In this document: one piece after another, positions 1 through 10,753 of the stretch | Layout: each line of letters begins with the position of its first letter | Numbering within the stretch: position 1 is the first letter of the stretch | The notes under the pieces: model-generated | Told to the model about the DNA's origin: nothing | Databases searched by the model: none | Seen by the model: the letters and a program-made list of their open reading frames with translations, nothing else | Position numbers and translations under genes: made by a program | NCBI GenBank assembly: GCA_051546255.1 | Contig: CP128820.1 | Span: forward strand, 682,001 to 746,000 | Direction: 5' to 3' | From: Meyerozyma guilliermondii | Taxonomy: Eukaryota | DNA length: 64,000 nt

Positions 1-2
1 TA

Positions 3-1406
3 GCGTACAACAATGATTTGGGTAACGACATTCTCATCACAGCTACGTGCTTCACCCCAGATGGCGAGCATTGCATGGTGGGCAGTTTCAGTGGCATGTT
101 GTCGGTGCTCGAAACAAAGGGCCTTCATCTTGTCACAAAGTTCCATGTCAAGAAACGGTCGATATCGAGTGCTTTTCAAAACTCAAACGACAATAAAGTT
201 ACTGGCATAAAGGTTTTCGAAAACAGAGATTACCAGCCTCTGGTTCAAAATGATTCCCCATTCGCTCGTTGGAATGTCTTGATTACCACCAACGACTCGA
301 AAATCCGTCTCGTTGATTCTCACCTGAAAAAGCTCGTTACTCGCTTCAAGGGCTTGACGAACCACAGCTCTTCGATAGTGGCGTCTATTACTGAGGACCA
401 AAATTATATCATCGCTGGTTCCGAAGACCATTGGTGTTACATTTGGGAAAATAATAACTCCACCATCAATAACAAGCTCCGCTCGGCAATGCGAGAGATT
501 CTTCACGATGGTGTTTCCCAGGTGCACGAATGGGAACAAAAACACAAGAAGTATACGCATTTGTTGCACGATAACAGACTCGTACGGAAACTAAACATGC
601 ATAAAGATCCGGACGAAGAGCCCAGCCATGATTATCTCTCTAACGAAAACAACAGCTATATATCTTTCCATGCTCACCACTCAAACGTCAATGTTGCAAA
701 ATTTGCGCCTGAAAGTTCCAAGGTGCTTCTTGACATGTCCGATGATGTTATCTACGACTTGGTGAAACGTGGAAACCGCTGTGGAATATCGAATGAGCTG
801 GCAAAATCGAAACACAGAGATTACTCACCGGAAGCAGTACCACTGACTACGCCCGACTTGGGCCACATAATTGTCACAACAGATCAATGTGGTCTTATTC
901 GTGTATTTCGCCAGGACAGCGCTTATGCGGTAAGAAAAGAACTCACTAATCGGTACCGCCGAGCTGTTGCGCGAGGTACTTGTGAGGTCAATGATAAGCA
1001 AGTTTGCGGCCATAGATCAAGAAAAGATCAGTCTCTTCGATTAAAAAAGAAACTACTGAAGAATCGTGCGCTCAGTCCTGCTCGTGATGTGCCCTCGATC
1101 AAGGACATTCTTGGTCGTGGCCACAGAGGAAGCGCCGGTGGAGATTTGTCGCCTCGTACTTCATCTTATTCGATGATGCGTCCTCAGCGTCCATCTCTGC
1201 CAGTCTCATCTGATCTCAAGGTTCCCGTCTCACGAAGAAATCACCTGAGTTCTGTGTCGGAACATCCTGCTTTTAACTTTGACGGAGTCGATATTCCGCT
1301 AATCCACGATGCAGAGTCAGTCGATGATACTCCCAGAAATTCAATCAATGAGCTCAAAGAACAGAAAACGATCTTGAGCAGTGATAAACAGAGGTCGAAG
1401 GTTTGA
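3..1406 (+). CDS. WD40-repeat protein, WDR44/Dgr2-Ymr102c family (5' truncated by window)
   Basis: The frame is open from the window edge. WD-type segments ITATCFTPDG..VGSFSG, LITTNDSKIRL and IIAGSEDHWCYIW resemble the WDR44 family. Confidence 0.75.
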   Translation, partial: AYNNDLGNDILITATCFTPDGEHCMVGSFSGMLSVLETKGLHLVTKFHVKKRSISSAFQNSNDNKVTGIKVFENRDYQPLVQNDSPFARWNVLITTNDSKIRLVDSHLKKLVTRFKGLTNHSSSIVASITEDQNYIIAGSEDHWCYIWENNNSTINNKLRSAMREILHDGVSQVHEWEQKHKKYTHLLHDNRLVRKLNMHKDPDEEPSHDYLSNENNSYISFHAHHSNVNVAKFAPESSKVLLDMSDDVIYDLVKRGNRCGISNELAKSKHRDYSPEAVPLTTPDLGHIIVTTDQCGLIRVFRQDSAYAVRKELTNRYRRAVARGTCEVNDKQVCGHRSRKDQSLRLKKKLLKNRALSPARDVPSIKDILGRGHRGSAGGDLSPRTSSYSMMRPQRPSLPVSSDLKVPVSRRNHLSSVSEHPAFNFDGVDIPLIHDAESVDDTPRNSINELKEQKTILSSDKQRSKV

Positions 1407-1506
1407 GCCTTCTGCCCTCCTCAAATTGTGGGAATGAGCAATATGCTCTGTTACTAATAACGCTATTTATGAACCTCGAGCCTTGTATGAAATATATGAA
1501 TGCCAT

Positions 1507-4500
1507 TTATTTTTCTTTAGACGAACTGCTTTGATCCTCAGGTTTGTCGCCGGAAATCTTTTTGAACTTGTTGCTTATCGTAGAATTGAAAGCTCCACCC
1601 AATGCCGACGCATTGGCCCCAATCCTTTCGATCACATCCGGAGTAAGAAGTGCAACCAGTTGGAGCGCTAAAAGTCTCATGGTGTAAACGCATAAATCCT
1701 TTTCACATTGCCATATCTGTTCTTCCCTGCGGCGAGCATTGTTTTGCTCTTCCAAATTGATGCGGACCTCTTTTCGTATCTCAGCATCTTCCTCTTCCTC
1801 ATCATCGTCGTCCAGTTCCATTAAACTTTGCTCCACAGCTTGCGGTGTCACCATAATTGCAGCCACTTCTTCGATTGAAGCACTTTCAGATTCGGACTTT
1901 TTAATCTCTGTACCCTTTAATTGTGCCAATTTGCTTTCATGAACCAAAAATGGGAAAAGCAATCCTTGCTCGGTAAGTATATCGATATTCGTAGTTGCAT
2001 ACTTTCCAAGCTGGTCATATGCGAACAAATCATCGAAGCCTGTGAATTTCATATCCTTGCATTTGAGGTAAAAGAAACGAATGGGAATAAGGAGATCAAT
2101 CAACTTGGAGCCTAGAAGGGTACTAAGCTGATTCAAAGACTCAAGACATTCTTGGCGGTCCGGGATTGAATTTTGCAAGTTTTGTTCCAGATTGCCAACA
2201 AGGAATATGCAATCCCTGACCTGCTCCTGGAGGTTTACTATAGTTGCCAACGATGGCGATAAATACTCGAAAACTGTCAGAAGATCGGTGTCCAAGAGTT
2301 CCACATTGTGTAGCGATGCTGCAATTATGGATTCAAGTTGAATTGATGTCACATTCGAAAGGAAGCTCAAACTGGCAAATGCTATTGATGACAAGTCCTG
2401 TAAATATCTTTTTGTGTTTTGAGTGTTTTCTATAATCTCTTTCAGGATCGAAATGTCTTTCATGACAACATTCGGTATGGAAAGACAAATAGATTGTGTT
2501 TTGATTTTACCATCAATTATAGAGACAATGTCAATGTGTTCACTCAACATGAATAATTTGAGAATACAGGTGGAAATCTCCATTACCTGAGAAAGAGGAG
2601 GATTTGCGGTAGTTTCGCATGTTTTGATTAGCTCTTGGACGCCGGTTGCTAGTGACAACGTGACATTCTGTACAACAATTCGAACTTCTGGCGTTGATAT
2701 TTGAGAATCCTCAACATCTTCGTCTCCAGTTTTCGTATCATATGCCAGAAGAATCACGACAAAGAACACTTTAAATGAATCCAAAACATGGTTTTGAAGT
2801 AACTGCTTGGGTTCATACTCGTCGAAAAACATGAGCAAGTCCTTGTTCACGTCGTTGTAAACATGTAGTTGGCCAATCAGTTTGAAACCATTGTACAACG
2901 AGCCAAATACCGGAGATGGCCGTAACAACAATGTCCATAATCTAACAAGAATTCCACATTGATCACTGGATTTCACTAATTGCTTGGCAAGCTGGGGTAC
3001 AAGCTCAACGAGCTTCAATTGAGTTTCTTCCACTGGCTCGGTCAACGCATCAGCATTTTTTTCAAGCTTACGCAACAGAGTAACCTGATAAAGCCACAGT
3101 ATGCTTCCTAATATATAGAGAGCCACAAATAGTTGGTCTGTTGGCTCACTAATATCAATTAAGCTCCTAAGATATTCAAGCTCAGTATCATCATCTAGCT
3201 GAAGAGATGAAGTGTCCATGAGGTAATACTGGATCACAAAGTCCCATGAAACAGCATTAGGCACTTGAGATAGAAACATGAACAAAGTGGGCAAGACTTC
3301 ATGTATGTCAACCCCATCAACGCTGGCTATATCACGAAGGTAATTGATGATGCACTTCACCTTGATGGCATTCGTGATTGAGAAATTATTCTGGGCCCCA
3401 GAATCGGCGTAAGAGTCAATAATTTCTGTAAACTTTTCACATTCTGTATCGGCCATCGCTTTAGTCACGAGGTCCATGAATCGGACCATTTTCTCCTTAG
3501 TTCTGGCATCAGTAGTAGAGCCTGGGGTTGCGGCAAAGTATCTCAAGATACTAGTTCCCATAGTCTTTGTTTCCTGGTCATTGAGGAAGCCAATTTTGAG
3601 TAGCAGGCAACAAATGGAAGTGGATCTGAGCCGTACCTGGGCGTCGTCATCTCGAGTAGCCATCAGCATCAACTGGCTTTTAAACCGTTCGGTAAATTGG
3701 CGGAATCCCGTGTCCAACGTTTTATTACGAGCGGTAGCGTGTTCGTACAATGAAACAAGAATCCTAACCACTTCTGCCCGCACCAGACTCACCGGATCTG
3801 ATAAGAGCCATCCCAAGTACCTCAAGTAAGACGCTTGAAAGAAATAGTCGGGATACGTGTCTATAGCGTAACCCAAGCTTTTGACACACTCTTGTCTTAT
3901 CAGGGAATCAAGGTCGCGATATCTATGGATGAAAACAGCCTCTGTATTAATCAAGAATAAACTCTCAATGGTGTTCTTCTGAGCTGTGAACGTGTTAACA
4001 GTGAATTGAAGGGACTCCAATGCATTTTTGGCGGTTCTTTTACTGCGTCCTTTTGAAGCATTTGCAAGTTGTCGCAGGGCCTTTTCGAGGGCAGGGAAAA
4101 TCAGAGTCATCACGTCGCATAGGCTGGATTGCATGGTGAGGACAGTAATCGTAAAAATATGACGAAGTGGTCTGATATTACAAGTTGTAAATGGAGTGCA
4201 CCATGCAAGTAGATGGGACATAAACTTATCATCATCAAGCATTCCCTTATCGTGAGCAATTTCCACAAGTCTTTCCATGAACTCAATAACATTGTCTCGG
4301 AAGAACTTGCGGTCTGGTTGTTTGGATCCAAACGGGTATTCGTGGTAACCCTGTTCTGAAAAAGCTGCAACGATTTCTGCCACAGTTGACGTCTGAGATT
4401 CTGTTTCTGTGTCGTGTTCCTGGATCTGAGTTACGCAACCACAGCTCCGGAGCAACAAATTGATAAAATTGGCAATTGCAGCCGCAGGGGTGTCTTCATA

Positions 4501-4758
4501 CTGTTCGAGCCACTGACGAGACTCTTCTTCTACGTTTGATTGTGGGTCCGAAAGCGCTGAAAAAATTGTATTTTCCACATATCCCGGTCCAGCCTCGGCC
4601 GCAGTGGTAGGGACCTTTCTTTGAGGTTGTTTTGTGCGCTTAACGGGTTGTTTTTGATGGCTTGTAGCGCGTCGTTTTGCCAGATGTGTTTTTATTTCGT
4701 CCTCTGAATCCAGTTCCTGGTAGTTGACGCGTTTGTGTACACGTGTAGCGCGGGGCAT
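1507..4758 (-). CDS. IRR1: Cohesin subunit Scc3/Irr1 (STAG/SCD domains)
   Basis: Motifs INLLLRSCGC, IRPLRH, VFIHRYRD..IRQECV and YLRYLGWLLSD are present. First ATG is at 4758 (MPRATRV). Confidence 0.93.
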   Translation of the reverse strand: MPRATRVHKRVNYQELDSEDEIKTHLAKRRATSHQKQPVKRTKQPQRKVPTTAAEAGPGYVENTIFSALSDPQSNVEEESRQWLEQYEDTPAAAIANFINLLLRSCGCVTQIQEHDTETESQTSTVAEIVAAFSEQGYHEYPFGSKQPDRKFFRDNVIEFMERLVEIAHDKGMLDDDKFMSHLLAWCTPFTTCNIRPLRHIFTITVLTMQSSLCDVMTLIFPALEKALRQLANASKGRSKRTAKNALESLQFTVNTFTAQKNTIESLFLINTEAVFIHRYRDLDSLIRQECVKSLGYAIDTYPDYFFQASYLRYLGWLLSDPVSLVRAEVVRILVSLYEHATARNKTLDTGFRQFTERFKSQLMLMATRDDDAQVRLRSTSICCLLLKIGFLNDQETKTMGTSILRYFAATPGSTTDARTKEKMVRFMDLVTKAMADTECEKFTEIIDSYADSGAQNNFSITNAIKVKCIINYLRDIASVDGVDIHEVLPTLFMFLSQVPNAVSWDFVIQYYLMDTSSLQLDDDTELEYLRSLIDISEPTDQLFVALYILGSILWLYQVTLLRKLEKNADALTEPVEETQLKLVELVPQLAKQLVKSSDQCGILVRLWTLLLRPSPVFGSLYNGFKLIGQLHVYNDVNKDLLMFFDEYEPKQLLQNHVLDSFKVFFVVILLAYDTKTGDEDVEDSQISTPEVRIVVQNVTLSLATGVQELIKTCETTANPPLSQVMEISTCILKLFMLSEHIDIVSIIDGKIKTQSICLSIPNVVMKDISILKEIIENTQNTKRYLQDLSSIAFASLSFLSNVTSIQLESIIAASLHNVELLDTDLLTVFEYLSPSLATIVNLQEQVRDCIFLVGNLEQNLQNSIPDRQECLESLNQLSTLLGSKLIDLLIPIRFFYLKCKDMKFTGFDDLFAYDQLGKYATTNIDILTEQGLLFPFLVHESKLAQLKGTEIKKSESESASIEEVAAIMVTPQAVEQSLMELDDDDEEEEDAEIRKEVRINLEEQNNARRREEQIWQCEKDLCVYTMRLLALQLVALLTPDVIERIGANASALGGAFNSTISNKFKKISGDKPEDQSSSSKEK

Positions 4759-4948
4759 TCTGATAAGAAAGCGTACTAGAAACGTGTGCTTGAGCAATTA
4801 ATGTGGACTGAATAACTATCAAGTAGTTGATCTCAGCATCGCGACACGTCCCGCGTTCATGCCGGCATATAAGCGCGCGGGTGACTTTGCACGTGAGGTG
4901 CGAACCCGGCGAAAATTCGAAATAGGTTTTCCAGTTACAACACATCCA

Positions 4949-6631
4949 ATGTCTGCACCAGAAACGGCCACCGCCACGCCAGATGTAGGCGCTAGCGACC
5001 ACACAGTGAAGCCAGAAGACGGATCTGATTCCGAAAATCCCACAGTAGATATGGAAAGAATAATGTCGTCGTTCCAGGAAAAGGCAAAATCGTACCTCAT
5101 AGAACAGGCTTCTCACGTTGTTATTCCATCGTTTGCCAAGTGGTTCAACATGAACGAGGTCCACAGCATCGAGAAAAAGCTGTTTCCTGACTTTTTCCCT
5201 CAGGAAACTCAGCGCAAGAGTGTTTACAAAACGCCTCAAACATACAGAAACATGCGTGATTTTATGATAAACGCTTACAGAATCAACCCGTTGGAGTACT
5301 TGACGATCACAGCTATCCGCCGGAATGTTGCTGGAGACGTGTCCAGTCTCATTCGGATCCACCAATTTTTGGAAAAATGGGGTTTGATCAACTACCAAAT
5401 CGACCCTCGTACCAAACCAACCATCGTGGGTCCTCAGTACACTGGCCATTTCCAGATCACTCTCGACACACCCAGGGGTCTAGTTCCGTTGCTTCCGGAG
5501 AATAGTGATGTCAAACTGGCGGAAAGTTTGCCTACTCCCAAACCAGACGACGCAGAAGAACAAGAAGAAACTCTAGACCATAAGGCCATCCCCTTAAATC
5601 TCGAGGTGCGCCGCAACATATACGCTTCTGGGGGTAACTTTGACCCCAAGAATGCCCCGAAAAACATCATTCAGTATTTTTGTAACATATGTGGAAACGA
5701 GAGCAGCGAGATTCGCTACCACAACTTGAAGTCCAAGTCCTACGCCAACAACCCCAATGTTACCATGAACAGCGCCAGCGTTTTGTGCCAAACTTGTTAC
5801 GAGCAGGGTCTTTTCCCCTCCAATTTCCAGGCGGCCGACTTTCTCAAGCTCACCAAGGCAGACGAGGCTAAGCCAGGAATCTGGACCGAACAGGAAACTT
5901 TGCTCTTGTTGGAAGCCATAGAGATGTTTGGCAGTTACGATCCTGCCAACAACTCCAATCCTCACATGCTGCTCAATTCCAACGCCAACGGACAATGGGA
6001 TAAGATTGCCGAGTATGTAGGCACCAAGAGCCGAGAGCAGTGTCTTCTCAAATTTATTCGTCTTCCCATCGAAGACCAGTACTTACCGCAAGTTGTCAAA
6101 AGAGAGGAAAAGGTCAAGGGTATCGACCGCAAGGAGTTGATCCAGGATGTGGTTTCTCATATTGTTTCTTCCCAACAAGGAGTGGACACTGTGCGGGAGA
6201 ACGCTCGTAAAAACAAAGAAGAAATGATCTCAGACCAAACCAATATCATCAACCAAATCATCGAGCTTACCGTCGAGAAAGTCCAGGTGAAGTTAGAGAG
6301 AGTGCACGAGTTGGAAAAAACTCTTGTTGAAACCGAGAAACTTTTGAACAACGAGAGAAAGCAGGTACTCTATGAGCGGTGGACCCATTTGGAAAAAATT
6401 AACCAGTTCAAGAAAAACCATCAAGATTCAATTACTCCAGAGTTGAACGAACTTCTTTCATCCTTGAGTATTCAGTCCGACATTGTTGAGGTGGAAAAAG
6501 CGTTCAGCAATGGACTCAAAAAGCCTCTTGACGGCTCTACCATGGATATCGAGTCTGCCGACAACAACTCAGACGATAGATTACCAGTTAGCGTCGCCGA
6601 ACCCAAGATGTACCAATTCTGGTCCGCTTGA
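4949..6631 (+). CDS. RSC8: RSC complex subunit (SWIRM, ZZ-like and SANT domains)
   Basis: SWIRM (VIPSFAKWF..IEKK, YRINPLEYLTITAIRRN, FLEKWGLINYQIDP), SANT (WTEQETLLLLEAIE) and C-terminal YQFWSA. Start MSAPET at 4949 is inferred. Confidence 0.92.
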   Translation: MSAPETATATPDVGASDHTVKPEDGSDSENPTVDMERIMSSFQEKAKSYLIEQASHVVIPSFAKWFNMNEVHSIEKKLFPDFFPQETQRKSVYKTPQTYRNMRDFMINAYRINPLEYLTITAIRRNVAGDVSSLIRIHQFLEKWGLINYQIDPRTKPTIVGPQYTGHFQITLDTPRGLVPLLPENSDVKLAESLPTPKPDDAEEQEETLDHKAIPLNLEVRRNIYASGGNFDPKNAPKNIIQYFCNICGNESSEIRYHNLKSKSYANNPNVTMNSASVLCQTCYEQGLFPSNFQAADFLKLTKADEAKPGIWTEQETLLLLEAIEMFGSYDPANNSNPHMLLNSNANGQWDKIAEYVGTKSREQCLLKFIRLPIEDQYLPQVVKREEKVKGIDRKELIQDVVSHIVSSQQGVDTVRENARKNKEEMISDQTNIINQIIELTVEKVQVKLERVHELEKTLVETEKLLNNERKQVLYERWTHLEKINQFKKNHQDSITPELNELLSSLSIQSDIVEVEKAFSNGLKKPLDGSTMDIESADNNSDDRLPVSVAEPKMYQFWSA

Positions 6632-6824
6632 CTAATTGTATCATTTATATAACGAATAAAGTTTCAATAAAATTAATTGTATGAATAAAGTTTTTGTAAT
6701 GATCATGTATTAGTACCCGCTAAATAATGAACAATTGGCTCGGCTCTATAAACAAGTGTTGGCTCCATGGCATGAACTTTGTGTGTGTGTGTGTTTTAGT
6801 TCACGTCATGGTTCGCCAGATTAA

Positions 6825-7994
6825 TCACTGTGACTTCTCCTCAAGGTTCCCCACCTTCTCCACCACCTTTTCCTCAGAAGAAACCGACCGGTTCTCTTCC
6901 GACCGGTTTTCCTCTCCAACTCTTTGGTTTCTCACCTTGGCAAACAACTCATCTTTCTCTTGCTGAGAAAGTTCATGTTTCTTCTTATTCTTGATGTGGT
7001 ACATTGGGTTCAATTGGCGCAACGTCAAGTTTTTGCAGAAAGGCAAGTGACCCTTCTTTTCTTCAAAGAGCATCAATGCCAATGCGACGACAATGGCAAT
7101 CCAATATACGTTGTAGGAAATAACTGAGCCATAGGTGGCCGAGTTCTGCCATCCCAAAAGTGAATTGAACACATCCCAACCGTTGTCTGTCTCTGGATTG
7201 CAACAATTGACATGCCAAACTGACTTGGAAATATCGTAAGTACCAGGACCAGAACCGTTTTCAGAAGCATCTCCACCGGTTTTCTGGTTGTATACGTAGG
7301 TCTCGAAGAACCAAATACCTCTGGAGAACAATCCTGCGGCAATCAAGTACAAGATACAAGTGGATATGACCAAGAAAACTTGCAACGAAACGGTGGAACC
7401 AGAGTAGTAAAGGGCCATTCCCACCAAGATACCAGCAATTAAACCGACGATAACTGGAATTGGGAACGAGCTGGCTGGACTGTTCAAACCAACACCTCCA
7501 ACAAACACTACTGCTTCCAAACCTTCTCTCAAACAGGTGATGAAAGGCAAGATAAACATGGCATATTTTTTGGTCCAACGACCAAGGTTGAATTTCTGCT
7601 TGGTAGTGTCTTTAACCAATGCTTGAGCCAACTTGACTCTCCATTTTTCCTTCATCTTGTTGACTCTCAACATGGCAATTCCCATAAGCGAGATCAATAC
7701 CGTTGCAATGATACAAAAAATACCTTCCCAAAGATCCTCTGATTTCGCCCAAATATCATTCTTCAAAGAATAAAAAGCACCAATAAAAGCACATCCAATA
7801 ATAAGACAAACCACTACCCCTAGCACAGACCCTAGCCAAACCTGTCGCACAAGTTTTTTGTAGACTACTGGGTCTTCACTACTGCCTCCCAAACCTTGTT
7901 TAAGAAAAGCAAGTAGCACCGAAACAACCACCACGGCTTCTAACGATTCTCTAAACACCACAAAGAAGATTTGCACATTGAAAACGTTTACCAT
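6825..7994 (-). CDS. FTR1: High-affinity iron permease
   Basis: N-terminus MVNVFNVQIFFVVFRESLE, second REGLE motif, seven hydrophobic segments, and SENGSGPGTYDI. Confidence 0.96.
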   Translation of the reverse strand: MVNVFNVQIFFVVFRESLEAVVVVSVLLAFLKQGLGGSSEDPVVYKKLVRQVWLGSVLGVVVCLIIGCAFIGAFYSLKNDIWAKSEDLWEGIFCIIATVLISLMGIAMLRVNKMKEKWRVKLAQALVKDTTKQKFNLGRWTKKYAMFILPFITCLREGLEAVVFVGGVGLNSPASSFPIPVIVGLIAGILVGMALYYSGSTVSLQVFLVISTCILYLIAAGLFSRGIWFFETYVYNQKTGGDASENGSGPGTYDISKSVWHVNCCNPETDNGWDVFNSLLGWQNSATYGSVISYNVYWIAIVVALALMLFEEKKGHLPFCKNLTLRQLNPMYHIKNKKKHELSQQEKDELFAKVRNQRVGEENRSEENRSVSSEEKVVEKVGNLEEKSQ

Positions 7995-8094
7995 TGTTGC
8001 CTAGAGTCCGTGGGAGAAGACTCTAAATTCGACAACTGCTACAGTGGAAAAAAATTTTCAGTTTTTTCAGCAATTGAAAAGTTGATGGGTTTTT

Positions 8095-8430
8095 ATGTCA
8101 CCTCGTGCAGATTGTCACTGCATGCCAAGACTTGAGCCTTGCACCTGCAGCAGGCTACACGCCCATGCACCTATACTAAAACTTTCCCAATGGGGCTGGA
8201 TTCCGGCATGTAGGGCAAAATCCCGCAGGGTAAGCTGTCTGATGAAAATGATAAAATTTTGCAAATTCTTGGCACGGTTCTGCCTGCATTATCTGATCAA
8301 TTATACTCAAAGATCAGTGAATATTTTGTGGCATGTTAAAGCTACGAGTTGCGCTTTTTGCCACCAGGACCCCAGATCTAATCTCGATCCTAAGCCACCG
8401 GGTTCTGGGGCTCAGATTTACGACCAATGA
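8095..8430. promoter_or_regulatory. FTR1 upstream region with Rim101-type, GATA and CCAAT motifs
   Basis: TGCCAAG at 8123-8129, CTTGGCA at 8268-8274, TGATAA at 8249-8254, TTATCT at 8289-8294, CCAAT at 8187 and 8424. Confidence 0.5.
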
Positions 8431-8901
8431 TCATAATGATGATGAATAAACTTCCTGCAGGCAGCACCGTGCAGCTCGTATGCCAAATGGTTGCCTGAGG
8501 CAGCTGTTTGGCCGGGTAGCAGCCGCACGTCTATGTGCCAAAACCCGCTTCGGCCACGGCCTTTGGCGATTGGCGAGAACTAAAGATTTAAGTGTACGCT
8601 CATTATTTGCGAGTTCGGTTTTATGGTGCGGTATTTATGGTCCTTGATGTTTCTAGTGTCTTCTACGGTATTTTTTGGTCCTTCAGTGGTATTTTGATAG
8701 TCTATCAATGGCTTTTTGGTTTTTCAATGATTTTTGATGTTCTTCAAGGCTTTTTGGTCGTCTAGACCCTTGGGCTTACTGATGCGGTTCGATTCCTGTA
8801 TCGTGCGATCCTGTATCGTGCTCGCTGGTTCAAAACCTGCATCCAGTTCACAAGTCTTCCTGTACTTCAAGTATTTCACCAACGAGCACCAAGACACCCT
8901 C

Positions 8902-9597
8902 ATGTCATTGAACTACATCAACAACGCTCGCAAGATTCTCTGTATTGGGCGCAACTACGCAGCCCATATTAAGGAGCTCCTGAATGCAACTCCACAACAA
9001 CCTTTTTTTTTTCTTAAACCTTCGTCTTCGGTGTTGAAGCCGAACTCGGGTCCGTTCCTTGTTCCTCGAGGAGTCGTCGTTCATCACGAGGTGGAAGTGG
9101 GTATAGTATTGAACAGGACTCTTCGTGATCTTCCTGACTCGTTCTCGAATGAAGAAGCCCTTGAGTGCATAGAATCGTATGCTTTGACTATCGATATGAC
9201 AGCCAGAAATGTCCAAGATGAGGCCAAAAAGAAAGGTTTACCTTGGTCCATTGGTAAGGGTTTCGACACTTTTTTGCCAGTATCGCACTCAATTGCAAAG
9301 AAGGATATCCCTGATCCATATAAGGTGGAGTTGTCGCTTTCTATTAATGACAAGGTTAAGCAACAAGACACAACCGATCTCATGTTGTTTCCCATCCATC
9401 GTATCTTGTCCCACATGTCACGTATCATGACATTAGAAAAGGGTGATTTGATCTTGACCGGTACGCCAAAGGGTGTTGGTCCAGTTGAAGCTGGAGACCA
9501 TGTCAAGGCGACTTTATCGGTGGATGGAAAAGTGTTGGAAACCATTGAGTTTGATGCTGAACAAAAACCAGGTCCTTATGAGTATAAGGAGATATAG
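8902..9597 (+). CDS. FMP41: Fumarylacetoacetate hydrolase-family protein (FAHD1/Fmp41)
   Basis: KILCIGRNYAAH, PFFFLKP, HHEVE, DMTARNVQ, KGFDTF and GDLILTGTPKGVG. ATG at 8902. Confidence 0.9.
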   Translation: MSLNYINNARKILCIGRNYAAHIKELLNATPQQPFFFLKPSSSVLKPNSGPFLVPRGVVVHHEVEVGIVLNRTLRDLPDSFSNEEALECIESYALTIDMTARNVQDEAKKKGLPWSIGKGFDTFLPVSHSIAKKDIPDPYKVELSLSINDKVKQQDTTDLMLFPIHRILSHMSRIMTLEKGDLILTGTPKGVGPVEAGDHVKATLSVDGKVLETIEFDAEQKPGPYEYKEI

Positions 9598-9730
9598 GAA
9601 GTGAGCCAAACAAAATTGAAAGTATGGCGTAGCTAAGCCAAAAGTCAGAATAAATATGCAACCAAAATTCTGAATGTAAAGCTAGCGTTAAGTCAATTGA
9701 TACAATTGGCTTCACTGCTTCGCTGCTTCC

Positions 9731-10747
9731 CTAAATGAAGACACCCTCCACTGGCGGCAGAAACTGACGTAGAATAATATTCGCTTGGCTCATCACTCGG
9801 TGAGAGCTCTCATCCATTGAGTAGCTCTGGGCATACACCACTTCTTTTATTCCGCTCTGGACGATTTTGATGGAGCACGTCAAGCATGGACATGTGTTAC
9901 AGTATAACACACCTCGCTCATCGGGATGTGATCTGGATATTCGATCTCTGCCAGCTTCCAAAAGTGCGTTTTCTTCGGCATGCAAACAAAGACAAGTAGA
10001 AAGTTCCGCACCACTTCCATGGCCCATATTGCATCGCGGACACCCTCCTTCGTTGCAATTGGGCAAGTTACGTGGAGTACCATTATACCCAGTTGCAATG
10101 ACTCGATTACCTCGAACCACCACACATCCTACTCTCCGTTTCATGCAATTGGAACGAAGAGCTGCCAAGTCCGCGAGTCTCATGAAGTATGAGTCCCATG
10201 AGGGCCTCAACCTGGATTTGTCCAATAGTTTGAGTTCCGAGAGTTGCACATATAAATCCTTGACTGACAACGAAGAGTTGATGATTTTGATTTGAGCTTG
10301 GTTCATTATTTGTGCGAGCGGGTGTGGTTTCGAGTACAATTGAAGATCACACATCTCTATAAAGCTCGTCAACGGAATTTCCGTCTTGTTTTTAGTCTTC
10401 AATCGCAGATGTCTTCTTTGAACTGGAGCATCAATGGACACATGAAGAAAAAAAGGTCTTTTTTGTAACGCTTCCAACACATCCAAGCGCTCCACGTCAC
10501 AAAGAACATAGTTATCTCGATAGTTTTCTGTCACAAAGTCCACAAGTTGTCCAATGTTGCTGAAAACATTTTTTGGTTGAAGAGACTCATCACCATCGTC
10601 GTTTCCAACATCATAATTACCATTTAAATTACCTTTTTCTTCCAAACTTGGCTCCAATAATGCTATGCGCTCAAACCCCTGGAATGTCAAGTACCGAGCC
10701 ACCTCGGTTTTTCCCGCACAAACGGTGCCAGATATACCTATCAACAT
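9731..10747 (-). CDS. DCD1: dCMP deaminase with N-terminal P-loop domain
   Basis: RPSWDSYFM, RSNCMKRRVG, GYNG, HAEENA and PCLTC zinc motifs. Start MLIGISG. Confidence 0.95.
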   Translation of the reverse strand: MLIGISGTVCAGKTEVARYLTFQGFERIALLEPSLEEKGNLNGNYDVGNDDGDESLQPKNVFSNIGQLVDFVTENYRDNYVLCDVERLDVLEALQKRPFFLHVSIDAPVQRRHLRLKTKNKTEIPLTSFIEMCDLQLYSKPHPLAQIMNQAQIKIINSSLSVKDLYVQLSELKLLDKSRLRPSWDSYFMRLADLAALRSNCMKRRVGCVVVRGNRVIATGYNGTPRNLPNCNEGGCPRCNMGHGSGAELSTCLCLHAEENALLEAGRDRISRSHPDERGVLYCNTCPCLTCSIKIVQSGIKEVVYAQSYSMDESSHRVMSQANIILRQFLPPVEGVFI

Positions 10748-10753
10748 CTCTGT

